Shown one piece after another: positions 1 through 11,264 of a stretch of DNA of 64,000 nucleotides (position 1 is the first letter of the stretch; every line of letters starts with the position of its first letter). The notes under the pieces were generated by a model that was given only the letters and a program-made list of their open reading frames with translations, had not been told where the DNA came from and did no database searches. The translations under genes were made by a program, and so were the position numbers. This stretch comes from an uncultured Nitrospiraceae bacterium (GTDB taxonomy: Bacteria > Nitrospirota > Thermodesulfovibrionia > Thermodesulfovibrionales > SM23-35): contig CAVSHB010000001.1 of assembly GCA_963727775.1 (NCBI GenBank), positions 416,001-480,000 on the forward strand. The letters are read 5' to 3'.

Positions 1-1
1 A

Positions 2-193
2 GACGCCAACAAAATAGATATAAAAAGATCTATCGAAGAGATTTTCAAGGTAAAGGTAGACAAGGTTGCAACAATCAACGCGCAGGGAAAATGGAAAAAA
101 CATGGAAGGTCTCTCGGCAAAAGGCCCGACAGGAAGAAAGCGATTATTACGCTTAAGAAGGGCGAAAAACTTGAATTTATTGAAGGTGCATAA
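2..193 (+). CDS. rplW: 50S ribosomal protein L23 (5'-partial)
   Basis: Hand translation [22 protein letters not shown]...[20 protein letters not shown]; stop overlaps the rplB ATG. Confidence 0.95.
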   Translation, partial: DANKIDIKRSIEEIFKVKVDKVATINAQGKWKKHGRSLGKRPDRKKAIITLKKGEKLEFIEGA

Positions 194-1011
194 TGGGCAT
201 AAAGAAATATAATCCGACATCACCCGGCGTAAGATTTCAGACGGTCTCTGATTTTGCCGACATTACAACTGATAAACCGCACAAACCTTTACTGAAATCG
301 CTGAAGAAGACGGGTGGAAGAAATAGCAGTGGACGTGTTACTGCATGGCATAGGGGCGGCGGTAACAAGAAGAATTTTAGAATCATTGATTTTAAAAGAA
401 ATAAGCTCGGGGTGGCGGCCATGGTCGGATCTATTGAGTATGATCCAAACAGGTCGGCAAGGATCGCGCTCCTTAATTATCGAGACGGCGATAAGCGGTA
501 TATTATTGCGCCTTCGGGACTTAATATAGGCGATGAAATTGTATCCGGTAAAGGTGTCGAAATAAAAACAGGCAATGCATTGCCGTTGAGTGACATGCCG
601 TTAGGAACATTTATACATAATATTGAATTGCGGCCGGGAGAAGGCGCAAAACTTGCAAGAAGTGCAGGTTCGTCAGCGCAGCTTATAGCCAAAGAGGATA
701 GATATGTCCAGGTCAAGCTTTCATCGGGAGAAGCGCGGTTTGTCCCTTCGGATTGTATGGCGACAGTCGGGCAGGTAAGTAACTCCGACCATGAAAACAT
801 ATCATACGGCAAGGCGGGCAGGATGAGATGGCTGGGTAGAAAGCCGATTGTAAGGGGCGTTGCAATGAATCCGATAGATCATCCCCTTGGAGGTGGAGAA
901 GGTAAGGCATCTGGCGGAAGGCCTGCTTGTACTCCTTGGGGAAAACCTGAGGGAGTTAAGACCAGGCAAAATAAGAGAACAGACAGATTAATTATTAAGA
1001 GGAGGAAGTAG
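193..1011 (+). CDS. rplB: 50S ribosomal protein L2
   Basis: [13 protein letters not shown] and [17 protein letters not shown] motifs; S10 operon order. Confidence 0.99.
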   Translation: MGIKKYNPTSPGVRFQTVSDFADITTDKPHKPLLKSLKKTGGRNSSGRVTAWHRGGGNKKNFRIIDFKRNKLGVAAMVGSIEYDPNRSARIALLNYRDGDKRYIIAPSGLNIGDEIVSGKGVEIKTGNALPLSDMPLGTFIHNIELRPGEGAKLARSAGSSAQLIAKEDRYVQVKLSSGEARFVPSDCMATVGQVSNSDHENISYGKAGRMRWLGRKPIVRGVAMNPIDHPLGGGEGKASGGRPACTPWGKPEGVKTRQNKRTDRLIIKRRK

Positions 1012-1012
1012 G

Positions 1013-1297
1013 TTGGCGAGGTCTCTAAAAAAAGGTCCTTTTGTAGATGTGAAGCTTATGAAAAAGGTAACGGCAATGATCGAAAGCGGAGAAAAAAAGC
1101 TTATAAAGACATGGTCGAGACGTTCTACCATTGTCCCAGAATTTATAGGGTATACATTCGCTGTGCACAACGGTAAAAAATTTGTCCCTGTGTATGTTAC
1201 GGAGAATATGGTAGGTCATAAGCTTGGTGAATTTTCACCGACACGAACATTTAGAAGTCATGCGGGCGCTGAAAAGGCAGCCTCAGCAAAAGGGTAA
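1013..1297 (+). CDS. rpsS: 30S ribosomal protein S19
   Basis: [25 protein letters not shown] start. Confidence 0.99.
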   Translation: MARSLKKGPFVDVKLMKKVTAMIESGEKKLIKTWSRRSTIVPEFIGYTFAVHNGKKFVPVYVTENMVGHKLGEFSPTRTFRSHAGAEKAASAKG

Positions 1298-1308
1298 GGA
1301 AGTTCATT

Positions 1309-1641
1309 ATGGAGTCTATAGCTATATTAAAATATGCGAGGATTACACCCAGAAAGGCACGAAGGGTGGTTGACCTTATACGATATAAAAGTGCCGGCGA
1401 TGCCCTTATGTTTCTTAAGTTTATGCCGTACAGAGGATCAAAGTTTGTGGAAAAGCTTTTGAAATCTGCGATGGCTAACGCGGAACAGAAAAAGGCTGTG
1501 AATCCCGAAGAAATGAAGATTGTTAAGGCCTTTGTAGATCAGGGGCCGGTAATGAAAAGGGTTGAACCGAGAGCGATGGGGAGGGCCAACGTTATCAGAA
1601 AGAGATCTTCCCATATAACTCTCGTTCTTTCCGAGGAATAG
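1309..1641 (+). CDS. rplV: 50S ribosomal protein L22
   Basis: KLLKSAMANAE, PRAMGRA..IRKRSSHIT. Confidence 0.99.
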   Translation: MESIAILKYARITPRKARRVVDLIRYKSAGDALMFLKFMPYRGSKFVEKLLKSAMANAEQKKAVNPEEMKIVKAFVDQGPVMKRVEPRAMGRANVIRKRSSHITLVLSEE

Positions 1642-1741
1642 GCAGTATTAAGGTTAAGAGTGGGAAGTTAAAAGTTGCGGAAGTTCAATATATGGCTCTT
1701 AACTCTCAACTCATAACTTTTAATTACATTAGGAGGTAGAT

Positions 1742-2389
1742 TTGGGTCAGAAGGCGCATCCGATAGGAAGCAGACTAGGGATAATAAAGACCTGGGATTC
1801 AAGGTGGTTTGCCGGTAAGGGATATAGGGATCAACTTCTTGAAGACATATCAATAAGGAGAACGCTTAAGGAAAGACTTTACCATGCCGGCGTGCCTAAG
1901 ATAGAAATAGAACGTGCCGGTCAGAATTTGAGGGTAATAATTCATACTGCAAGGCCTGGAATAATTATCGGCAAAAAAGGTGCTGAAGTTGAAAAGCTCA
2001 GGAAAGACCTTAAAGAGATGAGCGGTAAAGATGTTTCGATTGACATAAAAGAAATCAGGAAACCGGAAATAGACGCCCAGCTTGTGGCGGAAAATGTGGC
2101 GCTTCAGCTTGAGAAAAGGGTTGCATTCAGGAGGGCGATGAAAAAGTCCGTAGCTTCAGCCCTCAGATTCGGGACCCTCGGAGTTAAGATAGCATGCGCT
2201 GGAAGGCTTGCCGGGGCTGAGATTGCACGATCAGAGTGGTACAGGGAGGGACGGGTTCCTCTCCATACGTTCAGGGCCGATATAGATTATGGTTATGCTA
2301 GGGCAAAGACCACATACGGTATCATAGGTGTTAAGGTGTGGATGTACCACGGAGATATCCTGCCTGAAAGTAGAATGAAGGAAATTTAG
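1742..2389 (+). CDS. rpsC: 30S ribosomal protein S3
   Basis: [33 protein letters not shown]. Confidence 0.99.
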   Translation: MGQKAHPIGSRLGIIKTWDSRWFAGKGYRDQLLEDISIRRTLKERLYHAGVPKIEIERAGQNLRVIIHTARPGIIIGKKGAEVEKLRKDLKEMSGKDVSIDIKEIRKPEIDAQLVAENVALQLEKRVAFRRAMKKSVASALRFGTLGVKIACAGRLAGAEIARSEWYREGRVPLHTFRADIDYGYARAKTTYGIIGVKVWMYHGDILPESRMKEI

Positions 2390-2397
2390 GTGATATT

Positions 2398-2817
2398 ATG
2401 TTGATGCCCAAAAAGGTTAAATTCAGAAAGATGCAGAAAGGCAGAATGAATGGTAAAGCATATAGCGGCTCTACTGTTGCATTCGGTGAATTCGGGTTAA
2501 AGGCTCTGGAGCCGGGATGGGTTTCGAGTCAGCAGATTGAGTCAGCCAGAATCGCGATTACCCGTCATGCAAAACGGGGATGTAAAGTATGGATAAGAAT
2601 TTTCCCTGATAAGCCGATAACGAAGAAACCGGCAGAGACAAGAATGGGGAAGGGGAAAGGAGCTCCCGAATACTGGGTTGCAGTTGTGAAACCGGGCAGG
2701 ATCCTCTATGAGATGTCGGGTGTGACTGAGGCTCTTGCAAAGGAGGCTATGCGCCTTGCTTCTTATAAATTACCGGTGGCAACAAAGTTTATCAAGAGGG
2801 ATGAGGAGGTTCTGTGA
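2398..2817 (+). CDS. rplP: 50S ribosomal protein L16
   Basis: [13 protein letters not shown]. Confidence 0.99.
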   Translation: MLMPKKVKFRKMQKGRMNGKAYSGSTVAFGEFGLKALEPGWVSSQQIESARIAITRHAKRGCKVWIRIFPDKPITKKPAETRMGKGKGAPEYWVAVVKPGRILYEMSGVTEALAKEAMRLASYKLPVATKFIKRDEEVL

Positions 2818-3011
2818 AATCATCTGAGTTGAGGGCAATGACAATAGATGAATTGGAACAGAAAGAGCAGGATCTCAGAAAAGAACTTTTCAACCTGCGA
2901 TTTCAGTCCGCTACAGGCGAGATAGAAAACCCAATGCGCATACGCACTGTTAGAAAAAACATTGCGAAGGTTTTGACAATAAGAAGTGAAAAGTCAAGAG
3001 CGAAAAGTTAA
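2814..3011 (+). CDS. rpmC: 50S ribosomal protein L29
   Basis: [12 protein letters not shown]; operon position. Confidence 0.97.
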   Translation: MKSSELRAMTIDELEQKEQDLRKELFNLRFQSATGEIENPMRIRTVRKNIAKVLTIRSEKSRAKS

Positions 3012-3055
3012 CAAGAAATGGCGTATTATGACTTTTAACTCAAAGAGAGGTTGAA

Positions 3056-3283
3056 GTGGTAAAAAAGATTTATACAGGCAAGGTTATAAGTAACAGTATG
3101 GACAAAACAGTAGTCGTAGCAGTGACCAGGCTTTTTCAGCACCCTACTTATAAAAAGACTGTAAAGCGGGTAACAAAATTCAAGGCACATGATGAGAAAA
3201 ACAAGTGTCAGATCGGGGATAGTGTAAAGGTGATTGAAACAAGACCTCTCAGCAAGGAGAAGAGGTGGATAGTAATAGAATAG
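3056..3283 (+). CDS. rpsQ: 30S ribosomal protein S17
   Basis: MDKTVVV, HDE, ETRPLSK.KRW. Confidence 0.98.
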   Translation: MVKKIYTGKVISNSMDKTVVVAVTRLFQHPTYKKTVKRVTKFKAHDEKNKCQIGDSVKVIETRPLSKEKRWIVIE

Positions 3284-3305
3284 CGGCCGAATGGAGTGAG
3301 GACAG

Positions 3306-3674
3306 ATGATCCAGTTGAGGAGTATACTCGAAGTTGCAGACAATTCAGGTGCAAAGAAAGTACAATGTATAAAAGTCCTCGGAGGGTTTCACAGGAGATA
3401 TGCGAGGCTTGGGGATATAGTTGTCGTTAGTGTTAAAGAGGCACTACCTGATAGCAATATCAAGAAGGGCTCCGTTGCGAAAGCTGTCGTTGTTCGTACT
3501 AAGAAAGAACACAGGAGACCCGATGGTTCCTATATACGTTTTGACCAGAATGCAGTAGTAATTATAAACCCTCAGGGCGAACCTGTCGGCACTAGGATAT
3601 TCGGCCCTGTAGCGAGGGAGCTAAGGTGGAAAGAGTTTACGAAGATCATATCACTGGCTCCGGAGGTTTTATAG
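3306..3674 (+). CDS. rplN: 50S ribosomal protein L14
   Basis: [27 protein letters not shown]. Confidence 0.99.
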   Translation: MIQLRSILEVADNSGAKKVQCIKVLGGFHRRYARLGDIVVVSVKEALPDSNIKKGSVAKAVVVRTKKEHRRPDGSYIRFDQNAVVIINPQGEPVGTRIFGPVARELRWKEFTKIISLAPEVL

Positions 3675-3681
3675 GAGAGAT

Positions 3682-4002
3682 ATGGGTTTAAGTATAAAGA
3701 AAAATGATACTGTAGAGGTAATTACCGGAAAAGAAAAAGGCAAAAAGGGAAGGGTTATCTCAGTTAATCCATCAAAGGATAATCTTTTGATAGAGAAGAT
3801 TAACATGATAAAGAAACATATGAAACCGACCAGAAAATATGCCCAGGGTGGAATTATCGAAAAAGAGGCCCCGATTCATGTGTCCAATGTAATGCTGGTA
3901 TGCCCGAAATGTGGCAAGCTGGCAAGGATCGGAAATACATCCTTACAAGATGGCAGGAAGGTGCGGGTGTGTAAGAAATGCAGGGAGGTCATAGACCAGT
4001 AA
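3682..4002 (+). CDS. rplX: 50S ribosomal protein L24
   Basis: KOW motif, EAPIHVSNV. Confidence 0.98.
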   Translation: MGLSIKKNDTVEVITGKEKGKKGRVISVNPSKDNLLIEKINMIKKHMKPTRKYAQGGIIEKEAPIHVSNVMLVCPKCGKLARIGNTSLQDGRKVRVCKKCREVIDQ

Positions 4003-4544
4003 TGATGCCGAGGCTCAAAGAAAAATATCTTAAAGAAATTATCCCTAATATGATGAAGGAATTTTCGTATAAAAACATTATGGAGGTTCCTAAAGTAAAA
4101 AAGATCGTCCTTAATGTGGGACTTGGAGAGGCGATACAGAATATAAAGCTTCTTGATGCTGCACAAAAAGAGCTTTCATTAGTAACCGGGCAGAAAGCTG
4201 TAGTAACAAAGGCCAAAAAATCGATAGCGGCCTTTAAATTAAGGCAAGGGGTACCTATAGGATGTAAGGTGACCCTCAGAAGTGACAGGATGTATGAATT
4301 CCTTGACAGGTTTATAAGCGTTACATTGCCGAGAATAAGAGATTTCAGGGGAATATCCGGAAAATCTTTTGACGGAAGAGGCAACTATTCCCTCGGCTTC
4401 AAGGAACAGTTCATATTCCCTGAGATTGATTATGACAAGGTTGAGATGGTTCACGGGCTTGACGTGGTTTTTTGCACTACTGCAAAGACCGATAAGGAAA
4501 GTAAGGCATTATTGCGTTTTTTTGGAATGCCGTTTAGAAATTGA
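4002..4544 (+). CDS. rplE: 50S ribosomal protein L5
   Basis: [21 protein letters not shown]; start moved to ATG 4002 overlapping the rplX stop (4005 also possible). Confidence 0.97.
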   Translation: MMPRLKEKYLKEIIPNMMKEFSYKNIMEVPKVKKIVLNVGLGEAIQNIKLLDAAQKELSLVTGQKAVVTKAKKSIAAFKLRQGVPIGCKVTLRSDRMYEFLDRFISVTLPRIRDFRGISGKSFDGRGNYSLGFKEQFIFPEIDYDKVEMVHGLDVVFCTTAKTDKESKALLRFFGMPFRN

Positions 4545-4617
4545 AATAATTTTTGGTTGTTGGTTTTTAGTTATTAGTCTTTAAAAACCGGCAACTAAAA
4601 ACTAAATGGGGTGATGA

Positions 4618-4803
4618 ATGGCGAAGACGTGTTTGATTGAAAAGGCTAAAAAGCCGCCAAAATTCAAGGTTCGAGCGTATAACAGATGTAAACTATGTGG
4701 TAGGCCCAGGGCCTATTTGCGCAAGTTCGGGATGTGTAGGATTTGTTTCAGAACACTTGCACTCGAGGGCCATATACCCGGAGTGACAAAGGCGAGCTGG
4801 TAG
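4618..4803 (+). CDS. rpsN: 30S ribosomal protein S14, zinc-binding type Z
   Basis: 61 aa, CKLC..CRIC, ends KASW. Confidence 0.98.
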   Translation: MAKTCLIEKAKKPPKFKVRAYNRCKLCGRPRAYLRKFGMCRICFRTLALEGHIPGVTKASW

Positions 4804-4831
4804 TCTTATGGACCCTTATGGAGGTAAATGA

Positions 4832-5224
4832 ATGCTAACTGATCCAATTGCTGATATGCTTACAAGGATACGGAACTCCGTCACGATTAAAGCGGAGAAG
4901 GTTGATATACCTATTTCGAAGATAAAGCTGGAGATAGCGAAGATATTGAAGGAAGAAGGATTTATCAGAGCATATAAAATCTTAAAAGACAGGAAACGGG
5001 GTATCCTTAGGGTTATTCCTAAATACATGGAGAGTGAAAGTGTGATCTCAGGCTTGAAGAGAATAAGCAAGCCGGGCCGCAGGGTTTATGTCGGCAATGA
5101 GGATATCCCGAGAGTAATGGGCGGATTAGGAGTTGCAATCCTGACAACATCAAAAGGAATATTAAGTGATAAGTCTTGCCGGCGGGACAACGTTGGCGGT
5201 GAAGTTATCTGTTATGTGTGGTAA
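4832..5224 (+). CDS. rpsH: 30S ribosomal protein S8
   Basis: [29 protein letters not shown]. Confidence 0.99.
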   Translation: MLTDPIADMLTRIRNSVTIKAEKVDIPISKIKLEIAKILKEEGFIRAYKILKDRKRGILRVIPKYMESESVISGLKRISKPGRRVYVGNEDIPRVMGGLGVAILTTSKGILSDKSCRRDNVGGEVICYVW

Positions 5225-5239
5225 AGGAGAGTAATCGTT

Positions 5240-5782
5240 ATGTCACGAATTGGTAAAAAGCCAATAGATATACCTGAGAAAGTCACTATTGAGACAGGCG
5301 CCGGGACGATAAGAGTCAAAGGTCCGAAAGGAGAACTGAACTGGAACTATCCGGATAAAACAAAGGTTTCAGTTGACGGAAGCATTATATCCGTGGAGAG
5401 GTCCGGTGACTCGAAAGTTGAAAAGGCACTTCATGGTCTTGTAAGGAGCATCATCTCGAACATGGTTGTCGGGGTTTCTCAAGGGTACAAGAAAGTTCTT
5501 GATATAGTTGGTGTCGGGTATAAAGCTCAGGTGGCGGGGAATAAGATTGTCTTTGCGTTGGGTTATTCTCATCCTATTGAATTCTTGTTGCCTGAAGGTA
5601 TTAGTGCAGCGGTTGATGCGAAACAGGTACAGATTACCCTTAACGGTATTGATAAACAGCAAATAGGACAGGTGGCTGCGAGCCTTAAATCACTGAGAAT
5701 GCCGGATGCGTATAAAGGCAAGGGAATCAGATATTCGGGTGAAAGGATCAAGTTGAAGGTCGGGAAAGCGGGTAAAAAGTAA
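5240..5782 (+). CDS. rplF: 50S ribosomal protein L6
   Basis: MSRIGK, LGYSH, PDAYKGKGIRY. Confidence 0.99.
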   Translation: MSRIGKKPIDIPEKVTIETGAGTIRVKGPKGELNWNYPDKTKVSVDGSIISVERSGDSKVEKALHGLVRSIISNMVVGVSQGYKKVLDIVGVGYKAQVAGNKIVFALGYSHPIEFLLPEGISAAVDAKQVQITLNGIDKQQIGQVAASLKSLRMPDAYKGKGIRYSGERIKLKVGKAGKK

Positions 5783-5843
5783 CAATAGCTAATCGTTATT
5801 CGCAGAAGATTTTATTGATTAATAACGAATAAGTCAGGAGGTT

Positions 5844-6209
5844 GTGTTGGCTGAAAGCAAGAAAGAGGGTAAACAGAGGCGGCATGAACGCATAAGGAAG
5901 AAAGTCGCCGGCACCCCGGGCAGATTAAGATTATCGGTGTATAAAAGTCTTAATAACATATATGCTCAGATTATAGATGACTCTAAGGGTCATACTGTTG
6001 CAACAGCGTCAAGTCTTGATAAAGAATTCAGCGACAATAAATCTCATAAAGGGAACGTCAAGACAGCAAAACTTGTTGGAGAATTAATCGCCAAAAGGGC
6101 ATTGGAAAAAGGGATAAAGAAGATTGTTTTTGACAGGAGCGGATATCTTTATCATGGCAGCATTAAAGCTTTGGCAGAAGCTACCAGGGAAGCAGGATTA
6201 GAGTTTTAG
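5844..6209 (+). CDS. rplR: 50S ribosomal protein L18
   Basis: [17 protein letters not shown]. Confidence 0.98.
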   Translation: MLAESKKEGKQRRHERIRKKVAGTPGRLRLSVYKSLNNIYAQIIDDSKGHTVATASSLDKEFSDNKSHKGNVKTAKLVGELIAKRALEKGIKKIVFDRSGYLYHGSIKALAEATREAGLEF

Positions 6210-6217
6210 GAGGTTAT

Positions 6218-6724
6218 GTGGAGAAAAAAGATCCAGACGGACTGAATTTTAAGGATAAGGTAGTCTATATAAACAGGGTAGCAAAGGTTGTTAAAGGTGG
6301 AAGACGATTTTCCTTCACCGCCCTCGTTGTTGTAGGAGATGGCGATGGGACCGTTGGTGTTGGAAAGGGTAAAGCTTCTGAGGTACCTGAAGCTATAAGA
6401 AAGGCGATAGAACAGGCAAAAAAGTCACTCCAGAAATTTCCTATTAAAGAGGGAACAATACCCCACAGAATTATTGGAAGATTTGGCTCCGGGACTGTTG
6501 TGATAAACCCTGCTGTGAAAGGCACGGGTATTATTGCAGGGGGTGGTGTAAGGGCGCTCTTGGAAGTAGGAGGGGTCCAGAATGTTGTCGCAAAATCTAT
6601 CCGCAGTCATAACCCCTTTAATTCGGTGAAGGCGACCTTAAATGGACTTGTAAATCTCAAGGATCCGGAATCGGTTATGAGACTCAGGGGAAAACTTGAG
6701 GAAGAGTCTCAGGAGGCATCATGA
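6218..6724 (+). CDS. rpsE: 30S ribosomal protein S5
   Basis: [22 protein letters not shown]. Confidence 0.99.
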   Translation: MEKKDPDGLNFKDKVVYINRVAKVVKGGRRFSFTALVVVGDGDGTVGVGKGKASEVPEAIRKAIEQAKKSLQKFPIKEGTIPHRIIGRFGSGTVVINPAVKGTGIIAGGGVRALLEVGGVQNVVAKSIRSHNPFNSVKATLNGLVNLKDPESVMRLRGKLEEESQEAS

Positions 6725-7167
6725 GGTTAAATGATCTAAGCCCATCTTATGGGAGCAATAAAAAAAGCAAGAGAGTGGGCCGTGGTATCGGCTCGGGCCA
6801 TGGAAAAACTTCCTGTAAAGGACACAAAGGGCAGAAAGCGCGTTCAGGCGGTACAAAAGGGTCTGGTTTTGAAGGCGGACAAATGCCGCTGCAGCGGAGG
6901 TTGCCTAAGAGAGGATTTAAAAACTACCCGTTCAAAATAGATTATACGATCTTAAATCTTGAAGATATCGGCAAAATAGAGAATTTTGATATTATTACTT
7001 CCGATATGCTTATAGAAATGGGCATCATAAAGGAATTAAAAAACGGTGGTCTCAAGATTCTCGGTAATGGAGAGATAAAGCGGCCGTTTACCATAAGGGC
7101 AGACGCCTTTAGCGCTTCAGCATTGACGAAAATATCTGCGGCTGGTGGTAAGGCTGAGGTAATATAA
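6721..7167 (+). CDS. rplO: 50S ribosomal protein L15
   Basis: [29 protein letters not shown]. Confidence 0.99.
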   Translation: MRLNDLSPSYGSNKKSKRVGRGIGSGHGKTSCKGHKGQKARSGGTKGSGFEGGQMPLQRRLPKRGFKNYPFKIDYTILNLEDIGKIENFDIITSDMLIEMGIIKELKNGGLKILGNGEIKRPFTIRADAFSASALTKISAAGGKAEVI

Positions 7168-7169
7168 AG

Positions 7170-8474
7170 TTGAGCATTCTTTCGAGCTTCCAAAATATAT
7201 TCAAAATCCCCGAACTTAAAAGCAGGGTCTTATTTACAATGGCCCTTCTTGCTGTCTATAGGATAGGCGCTCATATCCCGACCCCCGGGATTAATGGTGA
7301 GGAACTTAGCAAGTTCCTTGCTGAAAAAGGCGGAGCGCTTATGGGCTTCTTTGATATGTTTTCAGGCGGTGCCTTATCAAGAGTGACGATTTTTGCCCTT
7401 GGGATTATGCCTTATATAAGCGCGTCAATTATCCTTCAGCTCTTGACAGTCGTAATCCCCGCAATCGGGAAGCTCGCAAAAGAAGGAGAAGCAGGCAGAA
7501 AAAAGATAGTAAAGTATACAAGATATGGGACTGTTTTGATTAGCGCGGTTCAATCTTTCGGTATTGCCGCGGGACTTGAAGGCATGGCAGGCGGTGCTTT
7601 TGTTCAAACCCCGGGGTGGTCTTTTAGGTTGCTGACTATGATTACATTAACATCCGGCACTGCTTTTATAATGTGGCTCGGAGAACAGATTACCGAAAGG
7701 GGCATCGGTAACGGGATATCACTTATTATATTCGCAGGAATTGTCGCAAGATTTCCCAATGCAATAATAAGTACGGTAAGACTTTTACAAGCGGGAGAAC
7801 TATCGATATTTTTTGTTATCTTCCTCGTTGCAATGATGATTACCGTCATCGGGGCGATAATATATATGGAAAGAGGACAGAGGAAGATTCCTGTACAATA
7901 TGCAAAGAGAGTGGTGGGACGGAAGGTTTACGGAGGCCAGTCTACACACCTGCCGTTGAAGATAAATACCTCCGGTGTGATACCGCCGATATTTGCTTCT
8001 TCCATCATTATGTTTCCTGCAACGGTGGCCGGCTTTATAGCAGTGCCATGGGTTCAGGCGTTTGCGAGACAACTTTCTCCCGGCACGGTGCTCTATACAT
8101 CACTATATGTGGGCATGATTTTTTTCTTCGCTTATTTTTATACCGCTATTATCTTTAATCCAGTTGATATCGCGGATAATCTTAAGAAGTATGGCGGATA
8201 TATACCTGGCATAAGACCGGGACAGAAGACGTCTGAATATATTTATAAGGTGTTGTCACGACTGACATTTGTAGGAGCGCTTTATTTAGGAGTTGTGTGC
8301 ATTATTCCGGAGATTTTGATTAGGAGATTTAATGTGCCGTTTTATTTTGGGGGAACTTCCCTTCTGATCGCAGTCGGTGTTGCCCTGGATACCGTGTCCC
8401 AAATCGAGTCACACCTAATCACTCGTTCATATGAGGGGTTCCTTAAAAAAGGAAGACTGAAAGGAAGACGATAG
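7170..8474 (+). CDS. secY: Preprotein translocase subunit SecY
   Basis: FALGIMPYISASII, GIGNGISL, GGTSLLI; multiple hydrophobic helices. Confidence 0.99.
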   Translation: MSILSSFQNIFKIPELKSRVLFTMALLAVYRIGAHIPTPGINGEELSKFLAEKGGALMGFFDMFSGGALSRVTIFALGIMPYISASIILQLLTVVIPAIGKLAKEGEAGRKKIVKYTRYGTVLISAVQSFGIAAGLEGMAGGAFVQTPGWSFRLLTMITLTSGTAFIMWLGEQITERGIGNGISLIIFAGIVARFPNAIISTVRLLQAGELSIFFVIFLVAMMITVIGAIIYMERGQRKIPVQYAKRVVGRKVYGGQSTHLPLKINTSGVIPPIFASSIIMFPATVAGFIAVPWVQAFARQLSPGTVLYTSLYVGMIFFFAYFYTAIIFNPVDIADNLKKYGGYIPGIRPGQKTSEYIYKVLSRLTFVGALYLGVVCIIPEILIRRFNVPFYFGGTSLLIAVGVALDTVSQIESHLITRSYEGFLKKGRLKGRR

Positions 8475-8523
8475 GGAAGAATTTTGCGCGACTTAAAATC
8501 TGCGATGCTGATTTTACAGGAAT

Positions 8524-9273
8524 ATGATAATATTAAAATCTCCAGAAGAGATCGAAAAAATAGCGCAGTCGTGTTTTATTGTCGCAAAAACACTTGATTA
8601 TTTGAAAGATATGGTCAGGCCCGGCATTTCAACGAAAGAAATCGATAGATTGGCAGATGAATATATACGATCAAATGATGCGGTTCCGGCATTTAAAGGG
8701 TACAGAGGGTACCCTGCAAGCATATGCGCGTCCGTCAATGATGAAGTTATTCACGGCATTCCATCGGGTAGAATACTGATGGAGGGTGACATTATAGGGA
8801 TAGACCTCGGCGTTTATAAAGATGGTTTTTACGGAGACGCCGCCCGTACTTTTCCTGTAGGGAAGATACACCCGGATGCTGAAAAACTGCTAAGAGTAAC
8901 GGAAGAGGCGCTTTACCAGGGTATAGAGAATGCAAGGCTGGGGCAAAGGGTGTCCGACATCTCCAATGCAATTCAGGGGCACATTGAGTCAAAAGGGTTC
9001 TCTGTTGTCAGGGCATTTGTGGGACACGGTATAGGCAGGGACCTGCATGAGGATCCGCAGATACCTAATTTCGGGCTACCCGGTCGAGGACCGAGACTTA
9101 TGGCGGGCATGACCGTGGCGATAGAACCGATGGTGAATGAGGGAGGCTACGAGGTGGTTGTGCTTGATGACAAATGGACTGCTGTTACAATGGATGGGAA
9201 ATTGTCGGCCCATTTCGAGCATACAATCCTTGTGACTGCCGATGATCCTAAAATCTTGACTAAATTAAACTAA
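8524..9273 (+). CDS. map: Methionine aminopeptidase type I
   Basis: SVNDEVIHGIP, GHGIG..LHEDP, SAHFEHT. Confidence 0.98.
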   Translation: MIILKSPEEIEKIAQSCFIVAKTLDYLKDMVRPGISTKEIDRLADEYIRSNDAVPAFKGYRGYPASICASVNDEVIHGIPSGRILMEGDIIGIDLGVYKDGFYGDAARTFPVGKIHPDAEKLLRVTEEALYQGIENARLGQRVSDISNAIQGHIESKGFSVVRAFVGHGIGRDLHEDPQIPNFGLPGRGPRLMAGMTVAIEPMVNEGGYEVVVLDDKWTAVTMDGKLSAHFEHTILVTADDPKILTKLN

Positions 9274-9294
9274 AAAGAGTATATTATTTAGTTA

Positions 9295-9513
9295 ATGTCA
9301 AAAGAAGACAATATAGAGGTAGAAGGTAAGATCGTAGAAACGTTGCCTAATGCGATGTTCAGGGTTGAACTCGAAAACGGCCAGGTTGTGCTTGCGTATG
9401 TTTCGGGGAAAATGAGGATGCATTTCATTAAGATTTTACCGGGTGATAGGGTCACGGTAGAACTCTCCCCCTACGACCTGACTAAGGGAAGAATAACATA
9501 CAGATTTAAGTGA
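9295..9513 (+). CDS. infA: Translation initiation factor IF-1
   Basis: [22 protein letters not shown]. Confidence 0.99.
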   Translation: MSKEDNIEVEGKIVETLPNAMFRVELENGQVVLAYVSGKMRMHFIKILPGDRVTVELSPYDLTKGRITYRFK

Positions 9514-9531
9514 AACTAAAAAGAGGGTGAA

Positions 9532-9645
9532 ATGAAAGTCCGTTCTTCAGTTAAAGCTATTTGTGCCAAGTGTAAAATTGTTAAAAGAAAAGGTGTCGTA
9601 AGGGTCATATGCGATAACCCTAGACATAAACAGAGACAGGGGTAA
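9532..9645 (+). CDS. rpmJ: 50S ribosomal protein L36 (37 aa; below the ORF-track cutoff)
   Basis: Hand translation [37 protein letters not shown]. Confidence 0.98.
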   Translation: MKVRSSVKAICAKCKIVKRKGVVRVICDNPRHKQRQG

Positions 9646-9714
9646 GGATTATGAATCAAGGGTATAGAGATTTAAGCGGAATAAAAATCTCCAGACTGAC
9701 AAAGGAGGTACAGG

Positions 9715-10089
9715 TTGGCGAGAATTGCTGGAGTTGATTTACCAAAGAATGAGCGCGTTGAAATAGGTCTAACACGAATTTTCGGCTTAGGCAGATCTTT
9801 GTCACAGAAAATATTGTCTGAGACGAATATCAACCCAAATACAAGGGTTAAAGACCTTACTAATGAAGAAATCGCGAAAATCAGGAGTGTGATAGAGAGG
9901 GATTTCAGGGTTGAAGGAGACCTTAGGCGTGACATATCTATGGGTATCAAAAGACTCATAGATATCGGCAGTTACAGAGGTCAAAGACACCGTTTGGGGC
10001 TTCCTGTAAGAGGACAAAGAACAAAAACCAATGCACGAACCCGTAAAGGGCCGAGAAAAGCGGTTATGGGCAAAAAGAAAGAGGCATAG
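9715..10089 (+). CDS. rpsM: 30S ribosomal protein S13
   Basis: [26 protein letters not shown]. Confidence 0.99.
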   Translation: MARIAGVDLPKNERVEIGLTRIFGLGRSLSQKILSETNINPNTRVKDLTNEEIAKIRSVIERDFRVEGDLRRDISMGIKRLIDIGSYRGQRHRLGLPVRGQRTKTNARTRKGPRKAVMGKKKEA

Positions 10090-10093
10090 CGGA

Positions 10094-10480
10094 ATGGCTC
10101 AAAGAAAGAAAGGCGTAAAAAAAGACAGGAAAAATATCACGTATGGAGCAGCGCATATTCAGGCTACTTTTAATAATACTATCGTTACGATAACCGATCC
10201 AAACGGAGACGTAATCACATGGGCAAGTTCCGGCAATCTGGGGTTTAAGGGGTCTAGGAAAGGAACTCCGTATGCTGCACAAATGGCCGCTACAACAGCA
10301 GCAAAGAAGGCACTCGATTCCGGCATGAAACAAGTTGATATTTTTGTTAAAGGGCCGGGTGCAGGGCGTGAGTCGGCGATCCGTGCGCTCCAGGTAGCGG
10401 GTTTGGAGATAAATCTCATAAAAGATGTAACTCCGGTCCCTCACAATGGGTGTAGACCTCCAAAAAGGAGGAGGGTATAA
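10094..10480 (+). CDS. rpsK: 30S ribosomal protein S11
   Basis: [29 protein letters not shown]; start moved to ATG 10094. Confidence 0.98.
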   Translation: MAQRKKGVKKDRKNITYGAAHIQATFNNTIVTITDPNGDVITWASSGNLGFKGSRKGTPYAAQMAATTAAKKALDSGMKQVDIFVKGPGAGRESAIRALQVAGLEINLIKDVTPVPHNGCRPPKRRRV

Positions 10481-10482
10481 CC

Positions 10483-11109
10483 ATGGCCAGATATATAGGA
10501 GCTTTATGCAGGATTTGCCGTAGAGAAGGGGAGAAACTCTTTTTGAAAGGCGACAGGTGTTATACTGAAAAGTGCGCTATCGAGAGAAGGAAATACCCAC
10601 CGGGACAGCATGGGCAGGGCTTTAGAAAACTATCAGATTATGGTATTCAGCTTAGAGAAAAACAGAAGGTCAGAAAAATGTATGGCCTTCTTGAGAGACA
10701 GTTCAGAAAATATTTCTATGAGGCAGAAAGAAAGAAAGGCATTACAGGAGAAATTCTCCTTCAACTCATTGAAAGCCGTCTCGATTCGATGGTATTCCGG
10801 ATGGGCTTTGCGCCTAACAGGAGAAGGGCAAGGCAGATTATCAAACACGGCCATATATTTGTAAACGGCAAAGAAGTTAATCTCCCATCCTGCGAAATCA
10901 AGGGAGGGGATGTAGTAACGGTTAAAGAAGTGAGCAGGGATAACCCGGAAATAGTCGACAGTCTCTCCAAAAGTGGACACAGGGGAATCCCCGGATGGGT
11001 TGAGGTTGACACTGCAAATCTTAGCGGTAAGGTTTTACATATTCCATCTCGTGATGAGATACAACTTCCTGTACAAGAACAGCTCATAGTAGAACTCTAT
11101 TCTAAGTAA
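10483..11109 (+). CDS. rpsD: 30S ribosomal protein S4
   Basis: CRICRREG, QLREKQK, IVELYSK. Confidence 0.99.
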   Translation: MARYIGALCRICRREGEKLFLKGDRCYTEKCAIERRKYPPGQHGQGFRKLSDYGIQLREKQKVRKMYGLLERQFRKYFYEAERKKGITGEILLQLIESRLDSMVFRMGFAPNRRRARQIIKHGHIFVNGKEVNLPSCEIKGGDVVTVKEVSRDNPEIVDSLSKSGHRGIPGWVEVDTANLSGKVLHIPSRDEIQLPVQEQLIVELYSK

Positions 11110-11264
11110 GTACAGTATAAACGCATTATATATATTAACCAGACCCCGGGCATTAATAAGCACAATGGCCGGCAGTTAAGTACCGGCCTGTAAATGTGGA
11201 ATTTGGTCTGCATTGTGTTATGACCCGGATTTGGTTATCCGAATTTTTAATTTGAGGAGGCCTT

